Part shown: positions 19,611 through 29,092 of the stretch, one piece after another
Layout: each line of letters begins with the position of its first letter
Position numbering within the stretch: position 1 is the first letter of the stretch
Assembly (NCBI GenBank): GCA_964477665.1
Contig: CAYZFG010000003.1
Location: forward strand, 16,776 to 80,775
Length of the DNA: 64,000 nucleotides
Reading direction: 5' to 3'
Source of the DNA: an uncultured Staphylococcus sp.
GTDB lineage: Bacteria; Bacteroidota; Bacteroidia; Bacteroidales; Muribaculaceae
The notes under the pieces: model-generated
The model's database searches: none
What the model was told of the DNA's origin: nothing
Seen by the model: only the letters and a program-made list of their open reading frames with translations
Program-made: the position numbers and the translations under genes

Positions 19611-21896
19611 ATGAAAAAATCACTTTCTATCATTTCCGCCATCGCCATGATGGCGTGTCTCGCACCGGTCAGCGCAATGGCCGATACTGCCGGCGGCATC
19701 ACGCTCAATCTCGGTGTAAATCAGATGAATGTACTCCTTTCTGACGGCGAAATGCGCTACTTCAACACTGCCGATGTGGAAAGCGTGGAGTTTGACGGCA
19801 ACAAGATGACCATCAACAGCTCTGCCGCAGCCCCGGTGGTCTACGACGGCAACGTCACTTCCGTATCGTTCCGCAAGGCCGACGGCTCGGGTCCGGTGAT
19901 TGTCAATCCCGAAGGCAAGGTGTCGATTAAGGAGGCAAAGGGCTGGCTTGAAGCAGCTTATGTAAAGTTTGACCTCTTCACCGGCGCCAATGGCTACAAT
20001 GTATATTACCGCGGCGGAAAGGCTACTGACTGGACCGCTATCGACGGCATGCTCGTGCGCAACTACGGCACTTACGGTCGTGCCGACCTGCTCGGTCTCA
20101 CCCCCGGCTCGTATGATCTGATGGTCGTTCCCACAAGCGACGGCACTGAAATAGAATCGGCCGCCAATACGGTGGAAGGACTCGACGTGACCGCTCACGA
20201 TCGCTCGGGCTTTGCCCACAAGGACTTTACCGGCGGTGTGGGTGCTTACAACAATGACGGCTCCCTCAAATCAGGCGCCAAGGTGCTCTATATCACCAAT
20301 GATACGTTCAATAAAGTGACCCTCGACCTTCCCACTAACAATAAGGGCGGCATGGCCACATTTACCGGTCTGGGCGAAATCTTCAAGGCTCTGCAGAAGG
20401 GCTACTCCACCACTCCCATCGCCGTGCGCGTCATCGGGCAGATCGACGTGGCAAAGATAGGTACCGACCAGCTGCTCACTGACCAGAAAGGCCTGCTGCT
20501 GAAAGCCAACAATAACGACATCGACTTTCAGGTTACGCTCGAAGGTGTGGGCGACGATGCCTCGTTCAAGGGCTTCGGTGCCGGATTTGTAAGCGGCAAG
20601 GGCGCCGAGATGCGCAACCTGGCCGTGATGCTCCACGGGTCGAGCAACGACTGCGTGGAGGTCAAGGGTACTCACCACATCTGGATTCACAACTGTGACC
20701 TCTACTATGGCCAGAAGGGCGGCGGCGACCACGATAAGGGCGACGGCTCGATGGACTGCAAGGACGGTTGCTCTTACGCTACGTTTGCTTACAATCACTT
20801 CGTTGACGCCGGCAAGTCAATCCTCTGCGGAATGAAGAGCGAGACCACCGACAATCTCATCTGCTACCACCACAACTGGTTTGACCACTCTGACTCGCGT
20901 CATCCCCGCGTGCGCACCTCCACCGTCCACCTCTGGAACAATTACTACGACGGCTGCTCCAAGTATGGCGTGGGCGCTACGATGGGTTGCAGCATCTTCG
21001 TGGAGCGCAACTATTTCCGCGGCACCAAGCGCCCCATGATGTCATCTCTTCAGGGCACTGATGCCACCGGCGACGGCACTTTCTCAAGCGAAAACGGCGG
21101 CATGATCAAGAGCTTCGGCAACCTCATGGTTGAGCGTCCCTCGGCTTACAGCTATATCACTACAGCCGACAATGCCACCAGCTTCGATGCCTTTGAGGCT
21201 GCGACCCGCGACGAGCAGGTTCCCTCAACTTTCAAGACTCTCCACGGCGGCACGACCTACAATAACTTCGACACCGACGCCTCGCTCATGTATGCCTACT
21301 CTCCCGTCGAGGCAGCCGAAGTTCCCGCTATCGTGATGGGCTACCGCGGCGCCGGCCGACTGAATCAGGGCGACATCCACTATACGTTCAACAATTCCGT
21401 GGACGACTCTGACTATGGTCGCAATGCCGGCCTCGATGCTCTCCTCGCGGCTTATAAATGCGGACTCGTGGGCTTCTTCGGCGAATCGGCCGTGACTCCC
21501 GATCCCACTCCCGACCCCGATCCTACCCCTGATCCCACACCTGACCCCGAGCCCGTAGGCGACCTCGTGATATGCAGCTTCACCGGCAATACCCCGTCGA
21601 GCAACCTCGTGACCGTCACCGGCAACTACAGCACCTCCAAGGGCACTGCCACCTATGCGGGCGTGACCTACAACACATGCGTGAAGATGGAATCAGCCAC
21701 CTCTATCTCCGTCAACCCCGGTCAGGCCATGAAGATGACCCTCGTATTCGGCGACAGCGAGACAGCCAACATCAAGATCGACGGCACGAAAGTCACCGCC
21801 ACAGGCTCCACCTACACCACCGAGATCTCCGGCTCCACCACCCTCACCAAAGCCGACTCCCGCAACCTCTTCCTCATCGTCCTCGAAAAACTCTGA
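19611..21896 (+). CDS. Pectate lyase (PL1) with FN3-like N-domain, P/T/D linker and C-terminal CBM77-like module
   Basis: WIHNCD, DG-x-x-D, YHHNWF, SRHPRVR, VHLWNNYY; TPDP repeats; KMESATSI...TKADSRNLFLI tail. Confidence 0.85.
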   Translation: MKKSLSIISAIAMMACLAPVSAMADTAGGITLNLGVNQMNVLLSDGEMRYFNTADVESVEFDGNKMTINSSAAAPVVYDGNVTSVSFRKADGSGPVIVNPEGKVSIKEAKGWLEAAYVKFDLFTGANGYNVYYRGGKATDWTAIDGMLVRNYGTYGRADLLGLTPGSYDLMVVPTSDGTEIESAANTVEGLDVTAHDRSGFAHKDFTGGVGAYNNDGSLKSGAKVLYITNDTFNKVTLDLPTNNKGGMATFTGLGEIFKALQKGYSTTPIAVRVIGQIDVAKIGTDQLLTDQKGLLLKANNNDIDFQVTLEGVGDDASFKGFGAGFVSGKGAEMRNLAVMLHGSSNDCVEVKGTHHIWIHNCDLYYGQKGGGDHDKGDGSMDCKDGCSYATFAYNHFVDAGKSILCGMKSETTDNLICYHHNWFDHSDSRHPRVRTSTVHLWNNYYDGCSKYGVGATMGCSIFVERNYFRGTKRPMMSSLQGTDATGDGTFSSENGGMIKSFGNLMVERPSAYSYITTADNATSFDAFEAATRDEQVPSTFKTLHGGTTYNNFDTDASLMYAYSPVEAAEVPAIVMGYRGAGRLNQGDIHYTFNNSVDDSDYGRNAGLDALLAAYKCGLVGFFGESAVTPDPTPDPDPTPDPTPDPEPVGDLVICSFTGNTPSSNLVTVTGNYSTSKGTATYAGVTYNTCVKMESATSISVNPGQAMKMTLVFGDSETANIKIDGTKVTATGSTYTTEISGSTTLTKADSRNLFLIVLEKL

Positions 21897-22089
21897 TACC
21901 CCATCACCCCCTCTCCATCCCCCGCCCCCGGCGGGGGATTTTTTTATATACGGGTTGGATTTTTTTGTATATGGGTTGGAGCTTCAGCTCCACACCTCCC
22001 CGCCCCCACGCACCGCCCCACCGGGGCGAAAGTAATAAAAAATGTCAACTCATCTTATATTGTGGGGAAAATTGAGTAACTTTGCAAGC

Positions 22090-23139
22090 ATGAATACACA
22101 GAAGCTACCTCGATTCAGGACTCAGATACCGCAGGATGCCGTTGACCGCGTGCAGGCGCTCCTGCTTGCGGCTAAATCTGTCGTTATCACGTGTCACCTT
22201 ACCCCCGACGGCGATGCCATAGGTTCGTCGTTAGGCTTATGTCAGGCGCTCCGTGCGTTAGGCAAGGATGCGGTGGTGGTGACGCCCGACTGTCCCTCGC
22301 GGCAGCTCCTCTTCCTGCCCGGCATGAAAGATGTGATCGTAGCCACGTCGAGCCCGCAGGCTGCCGAGGATGCTCTCGCCAAGGCCGACCTGCTTTTCTG
22401 CCTCGATTTCAATGATCTTAAGCGCATCGACAAGCTCGCTGAGATTGTCGAGTCAAAGTGCCGCGCACGCCGCGTGGTGGTCGACCATCATCTCGACCCG
22501 TCGATCGACGCAGAGGTCATCATATCGCATCCCGAAGTTTCTTCGACCTCAGCACTCGTATACATCCTCCTGTGGCAGTTGCGATTGGCCCGCTACCTCA
22601 ACCGCAGCGGCGCGGCCTGCATCTACACCGGCATGATGACCGATACCGGAAATTTCTCGTATAATTCCAACGACCCCGACCTCTACCTCATTATCGCCGA
22701 CCTCCTGCGCAAGGGTATCGACAAGGATCGACTCTACACGCTGGTGTGCAACACCAATTCCGAGACGCGAGTAAGGCTCTGCGGCTACGCCCGTTACCGC
22801 ATGGAGATGCTCCCCCGCCACCGCGCGGCGCTCATCACCCTGTCGCGCGACGAGCTCGACGAGTTTGGTTACTCCAAGGGCGACACCGAGAGCCTCGTCA
22901 ACATCCCGCTGAGTATTCCCGGCGTGGTCTACTCGGTATACTTGCGCGAGGACGCACCCGAATTTGTGAAGGTGTCGATGCGCTCGGTGGGCGATTTCCC
23001 GGTCAATCTCATCTGCGAGCAGCAGTTTGGCGGCGGTGGTCACCTCAATGCTGCCGGCGGCGAATTTCACGGCACCCTCTCCGGGGCCGTGGCCAAACTC
23101 ATTGCCGCTCTTCCCGAATATGACAAATATCTAAAATGA
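22090..23139 (+). CDS. nrnA: DHH-family oligoribonuclease / PAP phosphatase
   Basis: HxxPDGDAIGS, DHH, TDTGNF, GGGHLNAAG; start at ATG 22090. Confidence 0.88.
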   Translation: MNTQKLPRFRTQIPQDAVDRVQALLLAAKSVVITCHLTPDGDAIGSSLGLCQALRALGKDAVVVTPDCPSRQLLFLPGMKDVIVATSSPQAAEDALAKADLLFCLDFNDLKRIDKLAEIVESKCRARRVVVDHHLDPSIDAEVIISHPEVSSTSALVYILLWQLRLARYLNRSGAACIYTGMMTDTGNFSYNSNDPDLYLIIADLLRKGIDKDRLYTLVCNTNSETRVRLCGYARYRMEMLPRHRAALITLSRDELDEFGYSKGDTESLVNIPLSIPGVVYSVYLREDAPEFVKVSMRSVGDFPVNLICEQQFGGGGHLNAAGGEFHGTLSGAVAKLIAALPEYDKYLK

Positions 23140-23717
23140 ATATGAAACTACGCAATATCCTGATGGCCATGCTCATGCTGGCCGCCCTGCTCCCGGCTGC
23201 CACCTCGTGCAGCGACTCCAAGAGCTACGCAGAACTACTCACCGACGAGAATCACCGCGTCAATTACTTCCTCTCGCTCCACCGCGTCGTGACCGAGATT
23301 CCGGCCGACAACAAGTTTGAGACGGGCCCTGACGCTCCTTATTATAAGATGGACGACGAGGGCAACGTGTACATGCAGGTTCTCGACCCGGGCAGCGACG
23401 TGAAGCCCGAAGCCAACGACCGCGTGTATTTCCGCTACCTCCGCTACAATCTTTTCAGCTACGAGCCGGGCAGCGATGACAATACCCCCAACGGCAACGC
23501 CGACAATATGAGCTATACCCCCGTCTTCTTCCTGCTCGACAATGTCACCGTGCAGCAGTCCACGCAGTATGGCACCGGTATCCAGGTACCCATGCACTAT
23601 CTGGGCTACGACGCCAAGGTAAATCTCGTGGTGAAGTCACAGGTAGGCGCCACCTCCGAGATTGCCGACGTGATCCCCTATCTCTACACCATCAGCTATT
23701 ACAAGAGCCAAATCTAA
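23136..23717 (+). CDS. DUF4827-like lipoprotein
   Basis: Lipobox TSC, KSYAELL, GNVYMQVLDPG, VYFRY; nrnA-DUF4827-glmM synteny typical of Bacteroidales. Confidence 0.7.
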   Translation: MNMKLRNILMAMLMLAALLPAATSCSDSKSYAELLTDENHRVNYFLSLHRVVTEIPADNKFETGPDAPYYKMDDEGNVYMQVLDPGSDVKPEANDRVYFRYLRYNLFSYEPGSDDNTPNGNADNMSYTPVFFLLDNVTVQQSTQYGTGIQVPMHYLGYDAKVNLVVKSQVGATSEIADVIPYLYTISYYKSQI

Positions 23718-23727
23718 GCAATAAAAT

Positions 23728-25116
23728 ATGTCACTCATAAAGTCGATTTCAGGTATCCGCGGCACTATAGGCGGACCCGCCGGCGAAGGTCTTACGCCGG
23801 TCGATATAGTAAAGTTCACCGCTGCCTACGCGCGGTTTATCTCCACTATCACCACGCGCACGTCACGTCTCATCGTGGTAGGCCGCGACGCCCGCCTCAG
23901 CGGCGAAATGGTCGACAGCCTCGTGTGCGGTACCCTCACGGCCATGGGCTTTGACGTGGTCAACATAGGCCTCGCCTCCACTCCCACTACCGAAATTGCC
24001 GTCACTGACCAGAAGGCTTGCGGAGGTATCATCCTTACCGCCAGCCACAATCCCCGCCAGTGGAACGCGCTCAAGCTCCTCAACGAGCAGGGCGAATTTC
24101 TCAACGATGCTCAGGGCAAGGAAGTGCTCCGCATCGCTGAGGCCGAGGATTTCACCTTCGCTCCCGTCGACCGCTTAGGCAAGGTATATACGGTAAATAA
24201 TTACAATCTGCGCCACATCGAGCAGGTGCTCGCGCTCGATCTCGTCGACACCAAGGCTATAGCCGAGGCTGATTTCACCGTAGCCGTCGATGCCGTCAAC
24301 TCCGTAGGCGGCGTGGTTATCCCTCAGCTTCTCCGCGCTCTCGGCGTAAAAAATATCGTCACGCTCAACTGTGATCCCACCGGCAACTTCGCCCACACTC
24401 CCGAGCCTATTCCCGAAAATCTTACCGAGATTTCTGACCTCATGAAGCGCGGTGTGGCCGACGTAGGCTTCGTGGTCGACCCTGACGTTGACCGACTCGC
24501 CATCGTGATGGAAAACGGCGAAATGTTTGTAGAAGAATACACCCTCGTGGCCGTGGCCGACTATGTGCTCTCCCACACCCCCGGCTCTACGGTGTCAAAT
24601 CTAAGCTCGTCGCGCGCCCTTCGCGACGTGACCCGCGCCCACGGCTGCACCTACAATGCATCAGCCGTAGGTGAGGTCAACGTCACCACTCTCATGAAGG
24701 AGACCGGCGCCGTGATAGGCGGCGAGGGCAACGGCGGTGTGATATATCCCGCCGCCCACTATGGCCGCGACGCTCTCGTGGGCGTGGCTCTCTTCCTCAC
24801 CCTGCTCGCCAAGAGCGGCAAGAAGGTGTCGGAGCTCAAGGCCGGCTATCCTCAATACATGATTGCCAAGAATAAGATCGAGCTCACCCCTGACATCGAC
24901 GTCGATGCCATCCTCGCTGCCGTCAAGGAAAAATATGCCGGCGAGCAGATAACCGATATCGACGGCGTGAAGATCGACTTTGCCGACTCGTGGGTACACC
25001 TGCGCAAGAGCAACACCGAGCCCATCATACGCATCTACAGCGAAGCTGCCACCATGCAGGAGGCCGACGCGCTCGCCGCATCTATCAAGGAAGTCATCCA
25101 ATCGCTCGCCCGCTGA
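23728..25116 (+). CDS. glmM: Phosphoglucosamine mutase
   Basis: TASHNP, DPDVDR, GGEGNGG, RKSNTEP. Confidence 0.9.
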   Translation: MSLIKSISGIRGTIGGPAGEGLTPVDIVKFTAAYARFISTITTRTSRLIVVGRDARLSGEMVDSLVCGTLTAMGFDVVNIGLASTPTTEIAVTDQKACGGIILTASHNPRQWNALKLLNEQGEFLNDAQGKEVLRIAEAEDFTFAPVDRLGKVYTVNNYNLRHIEQVLALDLVDTKAIAEADFTVAVDAVNSVGGVVIPQLLRALGVKNIVTLNCDPTGNFAHTPEPIPENLTEISDLMKRGVADVGFVVDPDVDRLAIVMENGEMFVEEYTLVAVADYVLSHTPGSTVSNLSSSRALRDVTRAHGCTYNASAVGEVNVTTLMKETGAVIGGEGNGGVIYPAAHYGRDALVGVALFLTLLAKSGKKVSELKAGYPQYMIAKNKIELTPDIDVDAILAAVKEKYAGEQITDIDGVKIDFADSWVHLRKSNTEPIIRIYSEAATMQEADALAASIKEVIQSLAR

Positions 25117-25117
25117 T

Positions 25118-26281
25118 ATGGCTCAACGTATAGCAGTTTTAGGGTCAACCGGCTCGATAGGAACGCAGACTCTCGACGTCATCGAGCGCTATCCCGAGCT
25201 TTTCACGGCTCAGGTACTCATAGCCGGGAGCAAGGTAGACATGCTCATCGAGCAGTGCCGCAAGTTCCGCCCCCGCCGTGCCGTGATTGCCCGCGAAGAC
25301 CTTTATCCGCAGCTCCGCGAGGCTCTGGAGCCGCTCGGCATAGAGTGTGCCGCCGGCGCCGCTGCCGTAGCTGATGCGATGGAGGACCCGGTAGTTGATA
25401 CCGTGGTGACCGCCACGGTTGGCTACAGCGGCTTGCTCCCCACCATCCGCGCCATCAAGGCCGGCAAGCGCATAGGTCTGGCCAATAAGGAGACTCTCGT
25501 GGTGGCCGGTCAGCTCGTGACCCGCCTTCTTGCCAACTCTCCCTCGACGGTAGTGCCCATCGACTCGGAGCACTCGGCTATCTACCAGTGCCTCGTGGGC
25601 GAGACTCCCGAGAGTGTCGATAAGCTCATCATCACCGCTTCGGGTGGCCCGTTTCGTCGCTTCTCGGCCCGACAGCTTGAAAACGTCACTGTGGAGCAGG
25701 CGCTTCACCATCCCCGCTGGAACATGGGCGCAAAGATCACCATCGACTCAGCCACGATGATGAACAAGGCCTTTGAAATCATCGAGGCCCGCTGGCTTTT
25801 CGGTGTCCCCGCCGAGCGCATTACTGCCGTGATTCATCCTCAAGCTATAGTGCACTCGATGGTACAGTTTGTCGACGGGGCTGTCAAGGCACAGCTCGGT
25901 CTCCCCGACATGCACCTGCCTATCCGCTACGCTCTTGCCGATGCCTCGCGCCTGGAATCAGACTGCCCCAAGCTCACCGTGGCCGACTATTCCCGACTGA
26001 CTTTCTCGCGCCCCGACCCGCACAAGTTTCCCTGCCTCACGCTGGCACGCTTCGCCCTCGACCGCGCGGGAAATACAGCTTGTATCATCAACGCTGCCAA
26101 CGAGATAGCCGTCGACGCTTTTCTCCACGGCCGCATAGGTTTCACCTCCATCTACCCGCTCATCATGGCTACGGTAGAGCGCATAGACCACATCGCTGAC
26201 CCCACACTCGATGACTACGTCGCCACTGACTCGGCTGCCCGCGCCGCCGCCCGCGAGTGGGTCGCAGCTCATTCATTATAA
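25118..26281 (+). CDS. dxr: 1-deoxy-D-xylulose-5-phosphate reductoisomerase
   Basis: GSTGSIG, LANKE, PIDSEHSA, MGAKITIDSATMMNK; start at ATG 25118. Confidence 0.96.
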   Translation: MAQRIAVLGSTGSIGTQTLDVIERYPELFTAQVLIAGSKVDMLIEQCRKFRPRRAVIAREDLYPQLREALEPLGIECAAGAAAVADAMEDPVVDTVVTATVGYSGLLPTIRAIKAGKRIGLANKETLVVAGQLVTRLLANSPSTVVPIDSEHSAIYQCLVGETPESVDKLIITASGGPFRRFSARQLENVTVEQALHHPRWNMGAKITIDSATMMNKAFEIIEARWLFGVPAERITAVIHPQAIVHSMVQFVDGAVKAQLGLPDMHLPIRYALADASRLESDCPKLTVADYSRLTFSRPDPHKFPCLTLARFALDRAGNTACIINAANEIAVDAFLHGRIGFTSIYPLIMATVERIDHIADPTLDDYVATDSAARAAAREWVAAHSL

Positions 26282-26299
26282 ACCACTTATCACTACGCA

Positions 26300-27880
26300 T
26301 TGGAAGCATTTCTCATGAAAGCCCTGCAGCTGATAGTTGCTCTCGCTTTCCTTGTAATAATCCACGAATTCGGCCACTTCATCCTGGCCCGCATTTTCGG
26401 CATCAAGGTCGAAAAGTTTTACATGTTTTTCAATCCCGGCTTCTCGCTTTTCAAGTGGAAACCGGGTCGCCACGTAGGCTCAGGTTCGGCCATAAAGTTT
26501 GCCACCCCCGAGGCTCAGGCCGAGTATGAGGAAGACGAGCGTCTCGACAAGGCCGAGACTGAGTATTCCGAAGCCTACAAGGCTGCCAAGAAATCTACTG
26601 ACCCCGGCGCGCAGAGTCGTCTCACCGCAGCCAAAGCCGAGCTCGACAAATGTATCGCAGCCCGCACTGCCCGCTACGATGCCGAGTATGAGCAGGAGAA
26701 GAAGGAATCGCGATGGAAGCGGTTCTGGGGTCACACTGTATATGGTATAGGCTGGCTCCCTCTGGGCGGTTACTGCAAGATTGCAGGTATGATCGACGAG
26801 TCGATGGACACGGCTCAGATGAGTCAGGAGCCCCGCGAATGGGAGTTCCGTTCCAAGGCCGCATGGAAGCGCCTGCTCGTGATGATAGGCGGCGTGCTGT
26901 TCAATTTCATTCTCGCCATCGTCATCTACGCCGGTATCGCTTACCACTGGGGCAACCGCTACATACCGTTTACTGATGCCTACGAGGGTTTTGACTTCGT
27001 GCCCTCAGCTCAGGAGGCCGGTTTCCGCAACGGCGACATTCCTCTTACAGCCGACGGCCGCGTGCTCGACGCATCGGAGAGCGATTGCCTCTATCGTCTG
27101 GCCTCGGCAAAGACAGTCACCGTGCTCCGCGGCCACACTGACACAGTCACCATCTCCCTCCCTGACAATTTCCTGCTCCGCCTCAACGACGACAAGGGAC
27201 TGATGTCGCTCCGAGTCCCCGTGGTGGTCGATCGCCTCGTATCGGGCGGCGCTGCTTCCAAAGCCGGACTTAAAGAGGGGGACCGCATCGTGGCCGTTGG
27301 TGATACCGAGACCCCTTCGTTCACCGAACTGTCGCCCGCTCTGCTGAAAAATGCCTCTAAACCGGTGGACATCACCGTGATACGCGACCGCGAGCGGATG
27401 ACCATCAGCGCCACGCCCGACGAGTATGGCAAGCTCGGCTTCCAGCTCCGTCAGCCGGTCGACATCTATCCCACTGTCACTCAGAAATATACACTTCTCC
27501 AGTCAGTGCCCCGCGGCTGGCAGATAGGTACGGCCACACTCACAAGCTACGTCAGCTCCCTCAAGCAGGTATTCACCCGCGAGGGCGCGCAGAGTCTCGG
27601 CGGGTTCGGTGCGATCGGCAATATGTTCCCTGACCGCTGGAACTGGCTGTCGTTCTGGGAGATTACGGCATTTCTCTCCGTGGTGCTCGCCTTCATGAAC
27701 ATCATCCCCATCCCGGGTCTCGACGGCGGCCACGTGCTCTTCCTCCTCTACGAAATAATCACCCGCCGCAAGCCGTCGGAAAACTTCCTCATCGGCGCGC
27801 AATACGTGGGCATGGCGTTCCTGCTGCTCCTCCTCGTCTACGCCAACGGTAATGACCTCTTCAAAGCATTCTTCAAGTGA
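26300..27880 (+). CDS. rseP: RseP site-2 intramembrane metalloprotease with ~85-aa insertion
   Basis: HEFGH, GWLPLGGY, NIIPIPGLDGGH, PDZ; TTG start resembles the usual Bacteroidales N-terminus. Confidence 0.9.
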   Translation: MEAFLMKALQLIVALAFLVIIHEFGHFILARIFGIKVEKFYMFFNPGFSLFKWKPGRHVGSGSAIKFATPEAQAEYEEDERLDKAETEYSEAYKAAKKSTDPGAQSRLTAAKAELDKCIAARTARYDAEYEQEKKESRWKRFWGHTVYGIGWLPLGGYCKIAGMIDESMDTAQMSQEPREWEFRSKAAWKRLLVMIGGVLFNFILAIVIYAGIAYHWGNRYIPFTDAYEGFDFVPSAQEAGFRNGDIPLTADGRVLDASESDCLYRLASAKTVTVLRGHTDTVTISLPDNFLLRLNDDKGLMSLRVPVVVDRLVSGGAASKAGLKEGDRIVAVGDTETPSFTELSPALLKNASKPVDITVIRDRERMTISATPDEYGKLGFQLRQPVDIYPTVTQKYTLLQSVPRGWQIGTATLTSYVSSLKQVFTREGAQSLGGFGAIGNMFPDRWNWLSFWEITAFLSVVLAFMNIIPIPGLDGGHVLFLLYEIITRRKPSENFLIGAQYVGMAFLLLLLVYANGNDLFKAFFK

Positions 27881-27881
27881 T

Positions 27882-29060
27882 ATGAAAACTATTATACTCA
27901 AGCGCGGAAAAGAGGAATCGCTGCAGCGCTTCCACCCCTGGATTTTCTCGGGCGCAATCGCATCCAAACCTGAAGACATCACCGAGGGCGACACCGTAGA
28001 GGTGCGCTCGGCTCAGGGCGAACTCATGGGCACGGGCCACTACGAGGCCGGCTCGATCGCCGTCAGGATGCTTACTATGGACGATACGCCGGTCGACAAC
28101 GATTTCTTTGCACGCCGCCTTGCCGAGGCGTGGGAGATGCGTCGCCGCCTGGGCCTCATCACGCCTGAAAATACCACTTTCCGTCTGGTCCACGGCGAGG
28201 GCGACTTTCTGCCAGGATGCGTGGTGGATGTCTACGGCAAGACTGCCGTGCTCCAGGCCCACAGCCCCGGTATGCACTTTGCCCGCCACACCATCGCCCG
28301 CGACCTTGTGGCTCTGCCCGGCGCGGGAATTGAAAATGTGTATTACAAGTCAGAGACCACGCTGCCGTTCAATGCGCGCCTTGACCCCGTCAACGACTAT
28401 ATCATAGGCCGATACGATACCGATGTCACGCTCGAAAACGGGCTGAAATTCCATGTCGACTGGCTTAAGGGGCAGAAGACCGGATTCTTCATAGACCAGC
28501 GCGAAAACCGCGCCCTCCTTCGCCGCTTGAGCAAGGATGCGCGGGTGCTCAACATGTTTTGTTACACGGGCGGTTTCTCAGTCTACGCTCTCGACGGCGG
28601 CGCCGCTTCGGTCGACTCAGTCGACTCGTCGGCCAAAGCCATCACGCTCACTGATGCCAACGTTGCTCTCAACTTCCCCCGCGACTCGCGCCACCGCTCG
28701 TTTGCCGTGGATGCATTTGACTTCCTGCGCGATATGGAGCATGGCGCCTACGACCTCATCATCCTCGATCCCCCGGCATTTGCCAAGCATCGCGGTGCCA
28801 TCCGCAATGCCATGATAGGCTACCGCCGCCTCAACGAAGCTGCCATCGCCAAGATCAAGCCCGGCGGCATCATCTTCACCTTCTCCTGCTCTCAGGCCAT
28901 CACCAAGGAGCAATTCCGCACTGCCGTGTTCACCGCTTCGGCTCGCACCGGTCGCCGCGTGAAGGTGCTCGCTCAGCTCACTCAGCCCATGGATCACCCC
29001 GTGTCGATATACCATCCCGAGGGTGAATATCTCAAAGGCCTCGTGATTCAGGTTGAATAA
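27882..29060 (+). CDS. rlmI: 23S rRNA m5C1962 methyltransferase (RlmI family)
   Basis: HPWIFSGAI PUA domain, GQKTGFFIDQRENR, LDPPAF. Confidence 0.88.
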   Translation: MKTIILKRGKEESLQRFHPWIFSGAIASKPEDITEGDTVEVRSAQGELMGTGHYEAGSIAVRMLTMDDTPVDNDFFARRLAEAWEMRRRLGLITPENTTFRLVHGEGDFLPGCVVDVYGKTAVLQAHSPGMHFARHTIARDLVALPGAGIENVYYKSETTLPFNARLDPVNDYIIGRYDTDVTLENGLKFHVDWLKGQKTGFFIDQRENRALLRRLSKDARVLNMFCYTGGFSVYALDGGAASVDSVDSSAKAITLTDANVALNFPRDSRHRSFAVDAFDFLRDMEHGAYDLIILDPPAFAKHRGAIRNAMIGYRRLNEAAIAKIKPGGIIFTFSCSQAITKEQFRTAVFTASARTGRRVKVLAQLTQPMDHPVSIYHPEGEYLKGLVIQVE

Positions 29061-29092
29061 CCCATCGCTTTCCAAACCATACATAATAAAAA

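Noticed and set aside
21498-21556. Repeat element within PL1
   Set aside because: Encodes an ordinary TPDP inter-domain linker with synonymous variation.
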